A stretch of DNA of 64,000 nt from Penicillus capitatus (Eukaryota; Plantae; Chlorophyta). This document shows, in pieces, positions 25,120 through 37,227 of this stretch. Location of the stretch: positions 1,594,668 to 1,658,667 of the forward strand of contig OZ287698.1 in the NCBI GenBank assembly GCA_965649825.1. The letters run 5' to 3'. The translations under genes and the position numbers were made by a program. Position 1 is the first letter of the stretch. Every line of letters begins with the position of its first letter. Below the pieces are notes generated by a model. It was not told the origin of the DNA. It was given only the letters and a program-made list of their open reading frames with translations, and did not search any database.

Positions 25120-27486
25120 ATGTCGAACAGCGATAATGAAGCCCTTCTTCCGGCCTCTGTTTTGCGTAACATCGGGGATAAGATGTACGAAAAGCGCAAA
25201 ATTGCGGCCCTTGAGGTTGAACAGATAATGAAGAAGCTCGCAGCGAGTGGTGCTCGAGACAAGATCCGGGTTCTTCTTGGTAAACTTGTCAACGACTATG
25301 CACTGTCTGGTCAAGCCAACAGAAGAAAGGTCACACTTTCTCATACATTGATATCCATGCAGTCTACTCCAGGGAGGATTATTGTGTTTGGCGGCAGCGA
25401 CTGTTGCGCTTAAGCGTTTCTATGATCGGTTAAAGTTTAATTACCTTGGTCAGATTATCGATCCAGTTTCCCTCTCCCTCAGCGATCAAGATGCTCGTGT
25501 ACGCTATTATGCATGCGAGGCGCTTTACAACATTGCCAAATCGATGCAAGAGGAGTTTATTTCTAATCAGGAGCTTTTCCTCAATGTGTTCAATGCTCTG
25601 TTCAATCTGTATGGAGACATGGACAGTAACGTCCAGAATGCGGCGCAGCATTTAGATGAAGTGCTGAAGAGCATTGTGACTTCGAGCTCCGATTTCGACA
25701 TCAGTGAACTGATGCACTGTCTCAAAGAAAACCTTTTTGCCACAAATGTGAAGAAACGACAGTTCTTGATTGGCTGGGTGAAGGCTGTTTTTGGCGTACC
25801 TTCTATAGACATGCTTCTCTATCTACCAGACATCTTACCAGGGCTCATGAATATGATGGAGGACAACATTCAGGAGATTCGACAGCTTACCTCCAACACA
25901 CTAGAGGTGATGAAGACATGATGTCCCCACAAACCCCTCTGTCTGTCTTCTAAGGGAGAGTATGTGTTGTAGGACTTTTTGGACGAGTTGAAGAAATCCG
26001 GAGCGGAATCTTGTGTCGATTACACAGCTGTCATGTCTGTTCTGTTGGACAGCTGTCAGTCGGATGACACAGCGACAAGTCTTATGGCATTGAAGTGGAT
26101 TGGGACAGTAGTAGAGACTGCTCCATTGGAAGTGCTGAGCGAATATGGAGCCATGGTTGGTGCTGTACTGTCCTGCATCAGCCACCAGAATCTGGATGTG
26201 CAGAGAGCGGCATTGTCCGTCAATGCTGCTCTTTTACAGTCCAACACTTCTGGGACGTGGACGTCTCTCGACATACACGATTTGCTTCACAAAATCAACA
26301 GAGAGCTCTCGAGTAATCAGGAACCAACCAGACTGGAAGCGCTGCACTGGCTTGAGTTTCTGCTGATGCAGTGCCCCGATGCTGTCTTAGATGAGAGTGA
26401 ATCTGTTGTGAATGCCGTCCTGGATGCTCTAACCATGCACTGGGACAGAGTTGTCAAATCAGGAATTCATCTGCTGGGACTTCTGGCACGACAGAAAGAT
26501 CGATTTCGTTTTGTGATGAAGGCGCTGCTCCAAAGGCGAGCATGACATCTCTCTCCCTTGTATAAATGATGATTATGGAGATGGATTGCGTTAGATTTCA
26601 AGGACGTGATGGACTCAAGCTGTTGCATTCCTCTGGTGCATTTGTGATTCAGAGGCTGGCCTTACAGTTGGGTGCCAAGTCCGTATTCGGAGAGCTAGCG
26701 ACAGCCATACAGGCAGAGAACTTCAGTCCTGATTTCTGTTCGACGATCGTTCAGGCACTGAATGTTCTTCTTGTCACATCTCCAGAATTGGCCGATCTGC
26801 CGGTGAGATGGCTCTGCACAGCAATATCTTCTCTCTGTGTGTGACGCTGTTGTTGTTGTTTTGAACAGCAACTCTTGCGAAAAGGCATCAAAGATGACGA
26901 AGCACGAGAGTTCTTCTTGACGCTGTTTCCTGCATGGAGTCGTTCTGTCTGTGCTATCCTGACAATCTGTTTCCTCGTCCAGGCTTACGAATTCGCCTGG
27001 AAACTCATTTTGGATTTTGGCAATTCCCTGTATGGAACTTCGGCGGATGCTATGGTTCAGATTGTTCGTTTGGTTAAGCTCATCGAAGCGCCTGCGTTTG
27101 GATTTCTGCGACTCGAACTGATCCAACACGAACAGTAAGGCCTTTGTGCATTCTCTACTCCATTCTCCCAATTGTTGCTCCACAGAAACCCATACCTGTT
27201 GAAGTGCCTGCATGGATTGTTGATGCTCTTGCCTCAGACAGATGCCTTTCACACTTTGGTGGACAGATTGAAGAGTGTGCCGAATTTTGTTTGCACACCA
27301 ACACACGTGGGTGACCTCCCGGGGAGCGTCTCTGGTTTGGAAGAGGATAAACTGCTGAAGATCTTTGCAGAGAATCGATCGTGTCATACAAAGGCACCTC
27401 CTGAGACGGGAATGTCATTACCATGGGATCAAGGATTTTACCATCGTCATCATCATCATCACTCTTTACATGAGAAATACCCTTAA
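25120..27486 (+). CDS. VAC14: VAC14 scaffold of the PI(3,5)P2 regulatory complex
   Basis: N-terminal LRNIGDKMYEKRKIAALEVE, DQDARVRYYACEALYNIAK, and C-terminal LVKLIEAPAFGFLRLEL..NPYLLKCLHGLLMLLPQTDAFHTL; multiple short introns. Confidence 0.93.
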
Positions 27487-27660
27487 TGGGAGCGACCCTC
27501 CATTTCTGATTGATATCTCGTTTTTTCTGTGGATGGGTGACCAGGTTTCCAATTTCAACCTTGACAGTATTACTTCATGATTACAGAGACCGATTCGAAT
27601 GTGCCGGGTCGTTTGAACGGTGGTGGAGGTTTCGTAGATGCACACAGAGAGAACGGCAAC

Positions 27661-28915
27661 TCATGTTTCGCCATTGTCTTCATGAGTTGAGTTTTTGGTG
27701 TTTGCATCTTTAAAACGGAACAAGCCTCGTCCTTTCTGTGCACTTCTGGGTTCTCCATTTGCCCAAGCACAGTAATCTGTAACAATCAGGTCGAGGAGAT
27801 TTGGCAATGCTCCGTTGACCATGTGTCTCAATATAATCCTTCCAGCCGAACCAATGATGATCTTGGGAACGAATGCCAATACTGGAGGGATGGCAACGTT
27901 CAGTCGCAGTTGTACAGCACAATTCAGACGAACCAGATTCGCATCTGTCTGAATCCTTTTTTCATTCACCCTACTATCCCCCTTCTCTTTTTCTATCTGG
28001 ATCCCCGGTTGTCCTTGTTGCGGCGGATCAACCTCGATTTGAATGGAATCGTAAGACTGAAGTGTTAACGATGATGATTCGCTGTCTGACACGCTGTCAT
28101 CCATGGCTGTGGACGAAATCTCATCCAACTGCTGCAATGGGACACCAGCAGACTTGATCAACTGCAGATCCTTGACATCTTCAAGTAAACTGTCGACCTC
28201 AGGAGAGTTCCTCCTTCGAAAAGGCATCCAGTTGCGTCTCCCTGTTGTCGAGAAGAGAAACAGACGAAGTCGGATGGAGAGCAATCTGTCCAATTCTGGT
28301 TTTCCAAAGGTGACGCCCTCGATGAACATCGTCACGGTATTCCGGCGAAGATCTCGTCGAACCTTCACATCGGCCATCACAGGTCCCGTGTCAATTCCGA
28401 GCAGTTCATTTACTGGAATCGTCACTCTGAATGTGGAACCATCTGACAGACAGACAAACAGACAAACAGACATCACAAGACAGACATTGCTCAACAGGAC
28501 AGATGGCCATGCCTTTGTGAGGTGACATCTGTATCCATTCTGGATCCAGAAGGGAATACTCTGAGACAGGCAGCCGCAGGTATGATTTCAGATCGGATCC
28601 AGGACGGGTGCCTTCCTAAGAGGACGCACGCATGGCGAGAACTGTTCTCTGTGAGCTCACTCGGAGTTTGGTCGAACATCGTGTTCGAACGCGCAAAAGC
28701 ACTTTGGGTCGCGTTGGCTGTATCGTCGTCACGACATCATCTTGTGACGACGGATCGGATTCCACCTCCTCCATCTGTTCGCTTCTTTTGAGCCACAGGT
28801 TGACGCGGCGCACAGCCCCTTCGACGGCGCGCACCGGTCCTCTCTTTTTCTCGAAGCACAGGATTCTTGGATACATCATCATCCGGCGACGCGGATTCCT
28901 TCCTCGCTGCGCCAT
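27661..28915 (-). CDS. DUF1997-family (SRPBCC-like) protein, probably plastid-targeted
   Basis: LKSYLRLPVSEYSLLDPEWI near the N-terminus and LNVAIPPVLAFVPKIIIGSAGRIILRHMVNGALPNLLDLIVTDYCAWA near the C-terminus; Arg-rich transit-peptide-like start. Confidence 0.75.
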
Positions 28916-28993
28916 CCGAAGGACGCCATCTGACTTTGGCCGCGAGTTGAGAGAATTGCCGGTGATTTGCATTTTTCCAAACGCGAAATCGAG

Positions 28994-30159
28994 ATGCAGT
29001 TGACAACACTCCATCGATCCGTGAGGCAGCCCGTTCGGTTCTGTCACCGACCACGGATCCAACGACATGTCTCCCTGCGCATCCAGAGGATTCGATGCTC
29101 CGAAGGAGACGGAAAGAAAACGGATGAGGCCAAAGAGAAAACGACCGAGGCTACCTTCACTGAGATTTTGAGAAAACAGGGAATGGAGCCAGAGAGGGCA
29201 CAACGTATTCTGCAAGCGTGGAAAGAAAGCGGATTGGAGAATCCGCAGCAACTCCGTAGACTGTTCCTGCGTGGCTCTCTGCGACCCCTGTCCGTCATAC
29301 TCGTTCAGCTGTTCCTTGACGCAGGGGCCACTTATGGATGCTTTGTATTCGCTGCATCAATCACAGCTGCACCTGGGCTTCCGGCCCCATACCTGATTTC
29401 GGCACTCGGAACATTTGCCGGATTCTATTTTTTGTCGTCGACTGCTTTTGACATTGTCACGTTGGCGACTGTATTGTGGTCCATCTATCGTTTTGGCACC
29501 AACACCGATGCATTCCTAAAAGCACTGCAAACTGTCGCTGGGCGCTCTGATCTGAGCGTCCTCGATAAGGCCAAGAAGATCGTGGATGCATTCAAGATTA
29601 TTCAAGCCCTGAATGAGATCGCCGACATTCTCAGGGTAGGCCATTGAATCCAATGCATCTCTCCATATCCATTCGCTTTCTGTATGTGCAGGAGAAGGAA
29701 ACAGGAGAGATCTCGAGTCTGGAGAATCTCTCTGCTTTCTTGACGCTGTCGCATGCAGAGAACAATTATGGCTTTCAACCAGAGAAATATGGATTGACAG
29801 TGAAAGAAGCGACGAACATCGCTGTTGTCTTCTCGCGTTACGACGAGAATGAAGACGGTGTTCTGCAGATCTCCGAAATCGGAAAACTCGCGTACAGCAA
29901 TTTCACTTGTTCTTCATCGTAGACCACCACGCATCTCTATGTATGCCATCCAGTGAGGCACTGGGGACTCCATTGGAGGAGGAAGAATTGACTGCGGCAA
30001 TGAAGATTCTGGACACGGATGAAAGCGGGGTCATTGAATTCTACGAGTTTGTAGACTGGTGGGTCAACAAGGTCGTCAACCTGCTACCCCTATCCTTAGA
30101 AGCTGACCGTCTTCTGTTCACAGGTCAAGCCAGAGCGCGCTAAGGCCATCCAATCTTGA
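28994..30159 (+). CDS. Membrane protein with two EF-hands, probably plastid-targeted
   Basis: Transit-peptide-like N-terminus, hydrophobic core, EF-hands DENEDGVLQISE and DTDESGVIEFYEFVDWW; three introns; TGA stop at 30157-30159. Confidence 0.8.
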
Positions 30160-30262
30160 AAAACAATTCTCGGATGTGATGTGACAGACGGGGGGTGGCC
30201 TGTCTTTGGTGAACCTGTTTTTGCAACAATCGTTATGTAGTATCAACGTTGGAAGCAGTCGA

Positions 30263-32194
30263 TTATCTGGTTCTTGAAATATACTTCCGGTACTTCCATG
30301 AGAATTCTGGTTTTCTTAACAGAGGCTCTTCTTGCTCTTCATCTGTCTTCTTCTCCTTCTGAGCCCATTGAACGTCCAAACTCTCCAATGCAGCTTCGAT
30401 TTCCTGTCGACGATCGTCCGCCGTGCGATGTGTTGAACAAGGTGATCGTTGCAGTGTCTTTCTGTGCTTCTGAATGGACTCGGTTGTATCAAGGTGAACG
30501 CCGTAGACTCCGAGATGTGCCCCATTTATCCACAACGGTCGCCTCTCAGCTATTTGAAGTCCAAGACTTTTGTACAGGAATGGATGGTTGCACGGAAAGT
30601 ACACTCTTGATCCTAAGATGGCATTCATTGCCTCTGAGAAACAGTTATGACGTGCTGCCTGCTTACCCTTGCATTCTCTGAACAGAAAGGCACCCAAATC
30701 AGCCCATGACTGCTTGAGAGAGGAAATAATGTCGAAAGGAGGAAACTCTCTTCTCTTTTTAATTCCCCACGGCGGATTGGTGATGACGAGATCTGGCTGC
30801 CGATTCAGAGACCATTGACGGCAATTTGATTCAGCTATGTTGATATGACCTCGCAGTCCAGCGACATCTCTTGCCTGTTCTCCCAGCTGAACAGCGATCT
30901 TGGCAGACAGTGAGTGAGCCAACTTTTTCGCCAAGGTAGATGGATATGTACAGGGTGGATGTCGCATCCAATAATGTGGCCATTCCATGAATGCCGTCGT
31001 CCGGATTCCGCCTCTTTCACCAAGGCAGTCCAATCAGATTCATTAAAATCGGGCCATTTCATAAATGGCCAGTCCTGACGAACAAGACCAGGAGGGTACT
31101 GCAAGGCTATGAGTGCCGCCTCACACAACAGCGTACCGCTGCCACACATTGGATCCACAAACACAGCACCTGCACACCATTCCTTTTAGACATCCAAGAA
31201 GAATCCATGCACTCGGACCTTTTCTCTTGCAGATCTCATGCCACTTTCCCATATAGAGCAATGCAGCAGCCGATGGTTCCGCCAAAGCAGCAGGATGAAA
31301 GACACGTCTGTATCCGCGGCTGTTGAGTCGGTGCACGTCATGCACATAGATCATCAGCACGACATCTTAGGTGTTGAATATACCTGTTTATGGATGGGCC
31401 TGAGAGATCTCTATACAACATGATGGTGTTCCTGTATATAGTGACATAGAATGGAATATCTACGATCACGGATCCCTTGTCCGCAATAGTCAGAGGATAT
31501 CCCAATTTCTCTGCCTCTCTCTTGATGCTCTCTGCAATCTCTCTGTTCACCATTTCTGAATCTCTTATGGTTGTGCAGCCCCACACAGAAGATTTTACTC
31601 CAATTCTGTGTTCATATCCAATATATCTGTCCAAGTTGGGAATCTTCGATATGAAGTCTGACAACTGCAAAACGTAGAGTGGATAGATTCCTTTGGAACA
31701 GGGAAACAGACCGATAGTTTGGGAGGCTGATTGGTGGGCAGCTTGCTTTTGTAAATGCAGTGTAAAATGCGATGGGCTGTTCGATGCCACATACAGGCAG
31801 CATAGCCTACGCGCATGCTCTTTCCTCTACACCCAGTTCTCGAAATACTCGGCGAGATTTGAAACCATGGACCTGAATGTCACTCCAGAAGCTGTCTTCT
31901 CGATCAGGTCTGCCTCAATGATAGGATTCTCCAATTCTTCTGCGGCAATCTACAAAGAGAAAAGCATATCATACGCGGAGACACTTCCATCGAACGCACG
32001 TCTTCCATTCCAGCGACGCAGGAAATGAAAAATTTCTCCAGTCGTTTGCCTTTCTTGCTGCTGAAAGGCACAGGATCCGACGGCGCTATTCGACGTTTGG
32101 CCTGATCTCTGTTGCTGAACGAAAATCTCCGTCGCCATTTTGCAAAAACGCTTCGCAAATTCGCGGCTGTGCCATGACTAGGCAGACGCATCAT
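30263..32194 (-). CDS. THUMP-domain rRNA guanine-N2 methyltransferase, RlmL-like (organellar)
   Basis: FFISCVAGMED..IAAEEL, VTFRGKSMRVGYAACMWHRTAHRIL, LYRDLSG, FVDPMCGSGTLLCEAAL, DLVITNPPWG; exons joined by short GT-AG introns. Confidence 0.88.
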
Positions 32195-32385
32195 GTCATT
32201 CGGTCCATCAGATCAGATGTAAACGCATCAGTAGACAACCTTCCAACTTGCTCGTTTGGCACTTTGACAAGTAGTTGTCGATTTTTGACCGATACAAAGG
32301 CATCCATTGCATTGAAACTAATCAAAGGTATGAAAAAGAGAATGAGAAATCTCTGCATTTTCTTCCCGCCTTCCTTTGAGGGAAC

Positions 32386-34615
32386 TCACGTTTCCTGTAA
32401 CATGATCATGGCTTCTTTGGGCTTCCCAAGCAACTTCAATGCTGTGCCAGCAATGTGTGAAGCTGTCAGTCCAGCGAGGGTCAGTTGATCTGAGTATGCC
32501 CCCTGTTCAATGAACTTGTCTGGCAATGTCATCGTGCGCACTCTCAGATCGCCATCAAGGAGGCCTTCCAATGCCAGGAAGGACAACACAACGGACCCAA
32601 AACCACCAATGGATCCTTCTTCAACGGTGATCAGGATTGGATGCTCCTGGGCAATTTGTTTAATCAAAACAGCATCCAGTGGCTTACAGAACCGAGCATC
32701 CATGACAGTGGCAGAGAATCCAGCTTCTGCCAACTTGTCTGCAGCGACGAGACATTCGTTAACGGATGATCCATATCCAATAAAGCAAATGTCTTTGCCG
32801 CTTCTGCGAATAACGCCTTTGCCAACGGACAATGGTGTTCCCTTGAGATCTGGTCCGATTCCTTCAGTTGCCAGATCCACTCCAATGCCGTTCCCTCTCG
32901 GATATCTCAAGCAGGAAGCACTGTAGTCGATCTGAGCTGCAGTGGCCACCATATTGATCAGTTCAGCCTCGTTAGAAGCGGCCATGACGACCATGTTAGG
33001 CAAGCAAGACATATAGGCAATGTCAAATGCTCCACAATGTGTTGCACCATCTGCTCCGACCAATCCAGCTCTGTCCATCATGAAACGCACTGGAAGCTTC
33101 TGAAGGCAGACATCGTGGATGACCTGATCGTACCCTCTTTGCAAGAAGGTTGAATAGATGGTACAGAAAGGCACCATTCCTTCACAGGCTAGACCAGCAG
33201 AGAATGTCACGGCGTGCTGCTCGGCGATGCCGACATCGAAGACGCGATCAGGGAATACTTTCTCATATCTGTAGAGGCCTGTTCCTCCAGCCATCGCTGC
33301 ATGCACAGCTATGACACGGCTGTCTCGGGTTGCTTCGGCAATCAAGGCATCAGCAAAATAATTTGTATATGACATGGTCTTTCCTTGCGATTTAAACTGC
33401 TTTCCAGTCTGGACGTCATACTTAACAACGCCATGCATCTTATCAGATGCCTTCTCGGCTGGCAAATACCCACGTCCCTTCTCTGTTACAATATGCAACA
33501 GCACTGGGCCGACAGTATCTGTTGCTTTGATTTCCTGAAGAACAGAAATGAGATCGTCAACACTGTGGCCATCCACAGGACCAATATAATACAGACCCAG
33601 CTCTTCGAAGAGCCTAGAACCAGATCCAGAGATCATTCCTCTCGCATAATCATCAAGCTTTGCTGTCGCCTCTTGAATGGACCCTGGCAATTGCTTCGTG
33701 ACGCCCTTTGCGATTTCACGGAGCTCTCTGAGTGGTCTGTTGGCCTGGATGCGTGCCAGAGCACTCGAGAGCCCGCCAACAGGAGGCTGATTCTTGCCAT
33801 TGTATTGCGTGGGTAGTGACACCTGCTGATTGTCATTGAGCACCACAAGCATATTGCTGTCTAAGAACCCTGCATGGTTCATGGCCTCATACGCCATACC
33901 ACCAGTAATGGCGCCATCTCCAATGACGGAGACAACATGATTCTTCCTTCCTCGGGCATCGCGACCGACAGCCATGCCCAGTCCGGCAGAGACAGATGTG
34001 GAACTGTGCCCGGCACCAAATGCATCAAAAGTACTCTCAGATCGATTTGTGAAGCCAGCAATGCCATCTGTCTGACGAATCTTACTCATCTGGGCGCGGC
34101 GTCCTGTCAGGATTTTGTGTGGGTAACACTGATGACCCACATCCCAGATGAATTTGTCTTCCGGACAGTTAAATACATAATGAAGGGCGACTGTTAACTC
34201 CACAACGCCCAGGTTTGCGCCCAAATGGCCACCTGTCTTGGAGACCGTGTGCACAATATCGGCTCGAAGTTCCTTGCACAGTTGTCTCAGCTGACCCAGC
34301 GTGAAGTTCTTCATATGAATTGGGTAGTTGACGGTGTCCAGAAGTGGCGTCGGCGGACCGTCGTCCGTCCAAGATCCAAGCTCGTCCATCGAGAGCTTAT
34401 CCCACTCGCCGTCCGAGTAGGTCGCCATCTTCTCGCTGATGGCGTTGTCGCTGGCATCGTTGTCCGCACGAACGAACACACGCGGATTGCGAGAGCCGAT
34501 GCGAGACGGCGCAGGGAAAGCGACGAGAGGACCCTACAGAGAACAGAGTGCACGAGATCATTCACTGTCGTTGGCACACCCACGCCGATGACTCGGGGTG
34601 AGTGGGTGTTACCAT
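32386..34615 (-). CDS. DXS: 1-deoxy-D-xylulose-5-phosphate synthase (plastid MEP pathway)
   Basis: 697-aa exon with [73 protein letters not shown] transit peptide comes from a short upstream exon (start at 34615 inferred; 34852 possible). Confidence 0.97.
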
Positions 34616-34944
34616 ACCTGTGCCAGTCGTCTTTGGTAAGGAGTTGTCGTCGCTCGGAGACTGAAAGACATGCTCTTCCTCTTTTTGCAAACAGCGGTCT
34701 CTCACAACTCTTCCCCGAAAGCCTGTAACACTCGTTGGTTCGTCTACCGCTGGAAAGACCAAGAATGACAAATGTTGAGAGGATTGCGTTGCATCAACTT
34801 CCTTGGCGATTAACGGTGCGGATTCGTTAGCGAGTTTGTGTGTAGAAGCCATTCAAGATCGAGAGAAGCGAGAGGCATAACAAGATATGTGTGTGTCTTC
34901 TCTTATCACAACTCAAAATGTACAGAAGTCGCGCTTCTGAGTTT

Positions 34945-35461
34945 TTACAGACTGAGACCAGAGTCTTCATTCTCTCCACCTCCAAGATCCTTCGCGGCGG
35001 TGGCATAGAATGCCCAGACGATTCCGAAAGAGATCAAGATTGCCCATCCCAAAATTGGGTCCGTGATGCCAAGGATGAGGCCTGTTCCTTCTGACTCCAT
35101 GGCTTTACCGACCTGTAGCAGACGTTCGTCCAGCCATATGCTGAACATCAGGAAGGATCTGCGGACCTTTGCCGTGGCCGGGGCTGCCACAAGGAGAACA
35201 GGCGCCGCTGCCACAAGAGCCGATGACATTTTGTCAATTGGTTTGGCTTCGCAGACAACGCGCGCTGAGAATATGACAGATAGGTTGCATTGAGACACCA
35301 TCATGCGTTACTTCGAGAAGCAGGTGTGACGACGGGCATCATTCCTGCAGAAAACGGCAAGCCTCAGTGAACATATTCGACGGATTTCCGAGGCCTTTAC
35401 GTGATCGCGTCAGTGGAACTGGAAGTCCTTTCAGAGTCGGCATCTTGGTCGTGCTCGCCAT
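34945..35461 (-). CDS. psbW: Photosystem II subunit W precursor
   Basis: Mature part MESEGTGLILGITDPILGWAILISFGIVWAFY..EDSGLSL; bipartite transit peptide split by three introns. Confidence 0.9.
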
Positions 35462-35595
35462 CTCGACGGAAAGACAGGAGAAAGAGAAGACGACCGAACG
35501 AACAGAGTGGAGGCGCAGAAGGGTCAGTCGCGGAGAACAGAGATCCACAGATCAGTGGATGTGACACATGACTGGACGGACGGACTCTCCTCAAC

Positions 35596-36930
35596 ATGCC
35601 GAGCGGATTGAAGCAGCCAGTTGGTCGTCCCACTCAATCTGTTGTGGGAGGCACTGATGTGAGCTTTAGGACAAAAACGATTAACAAACATTGCTGTCGT
35701 CCGACTGCGCAAGGCTGGTGCTGTTTTTGAGATTGCCTGTTACAAGAACAAAGTCAGCAATTGGAGAGCGGAAATGTAATGCAATCAATACCTGTGGAAA
35801 GCAGTCGGTGTTTATGCATAGCTGTGTGTGTTGGTGCAGTGAGACGGATCTCGATGAAGTCCTTCAAACCACAGCTGTATTCAGCAATGTCTCTAAGGGG
35901 ATAATGGCAAAGGAGAAGCAACTCCAAACAGCATTTAAAACAACAGATGAAGAGAAGATCTGCTTGGAGATTTTGGCAAAAGGAGAATTGCAGGTACCTG
36001 CCTCCGTAGGAATCGCATCCCTCTTTGAAACCTGCGGACTGCCATCAGGTGTCAGAAAAGGAACGAAAGCTGGAGTATGACAATCTCTACAAGGATGTCG
36101 CATCCATTATTGCCGAGAAATGCATCGATCCGAACACCAGTCGTCAGTATACGGCAACAATCATCGAACGCGCCTTGAAGGATGTCCATTTCAATCCAGA
36201 CCTGAAGAAGAGTGCAAAACAACAGGCATTCAGTGAGGCACTTCCACTGCTTCAGAAGAGGTTTAGCATCCAGAGAGCGAATATGCGAGTGCAACTTCAT
36301 TCCCCGATGACCCACGCAGGCTCGATAAAAGAATCCTTGCATGCTCAAGATTTCCTTCTGGAATCGTCGACTGTCGACAACGATTCCGCATCTGTGCAGT
36401 TTGTCTGTCTGATTGAACCCGGAATGTATCGACCTCTGCATCAACTCATCGAAAAAATCACACAAGGCACGGGTCGAATCGAACTGCTCAATCTGGCAGC
36501 CGTGAGCGATGTCTCATCGACGACGAGAACGCCTCAAGCACGAGAGTCATCTCCATCTTCAGAGTAACACACTGCTGTTGATCGACATTCGGATAGAGAT
36601 GCCTCACCTCTTGTTTGTAGCCCATTGGAGAGGGGAGAAGAAGTGATCGTGTCCGGCAGGATCTCTGGAAAGACGAGAGCAGCGAAACAAGAAAAAACAA
36701 ACACTGTCTATCAGAGAGGATCCATTGCAGCATTGCCCGAGGATTTTGCAAGGAAGAACATGTTTTTGGAGATCGATAAGTTGGAAGAGGGATGGCAGGT
36801 AGAACTGACGCAGTGCGATGGTTCTGATGTTATTCAGGCCACATTCTATTCTCCATCTGGCGAAGCAGTGGGAGCATATGCTAAAGCAAGAAGACAGGCT
36901 TTGGCCTCGGCGAGAACACAAGAAGGGTAG
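35596..36930 (+). CDS. SBDS: SBDS/Sdo1 ribosome maturation factor with an extra C-terminal domain
   Basis: Spliced N-terminus [33 protein letters not shown], and KSAKQQA. ORF 36625-36930 joins in frame through a short intron (36564-36596). Confidence 0.9.
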
Positions 36931-37227
36931 GACAGTCGGTAGCGTGAAAATGTCTACAAACCATTCACACACAGCCTTATCTGTAATAGTTCGTATCCAC
37001 GTCCGAAACAGTTACAAGGGACAACAACAATAACAAGGCATGAATGATCATTCATTGAATCTTCTCCCGAAAGAGATCCATACTCGCGAGAGGATTGTTG
37101 TGACGTTGCGAATTGCACTTGACAGCGATAGAATCCAAATCTATCTGCATCATCCCAAAAGCAACATAACAATTGATTTCGTGTCCACAAAGGAATTCGA
37201 AGCCGACAGTGTTTTCATTCCCGTCCG

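Noticed and set aside
27441-27486. His-rich tail (HRHHHHHSLH) on VAC14 as a metal-binding module
   Set aside because: Encoded by a short CAT microsatellite in a non-conserved tail; no other support.
35113-35166. LDERL in the PsbW ORF resembling the canonical mature N-terminus LVDERM
   Set aside because: Removing this 54-nt GT-AG intron gives KVGKAMESEGTGL, which aligns without gaps to LVDERMSTEGTGL, so the match inside the intron is probably coincidental.
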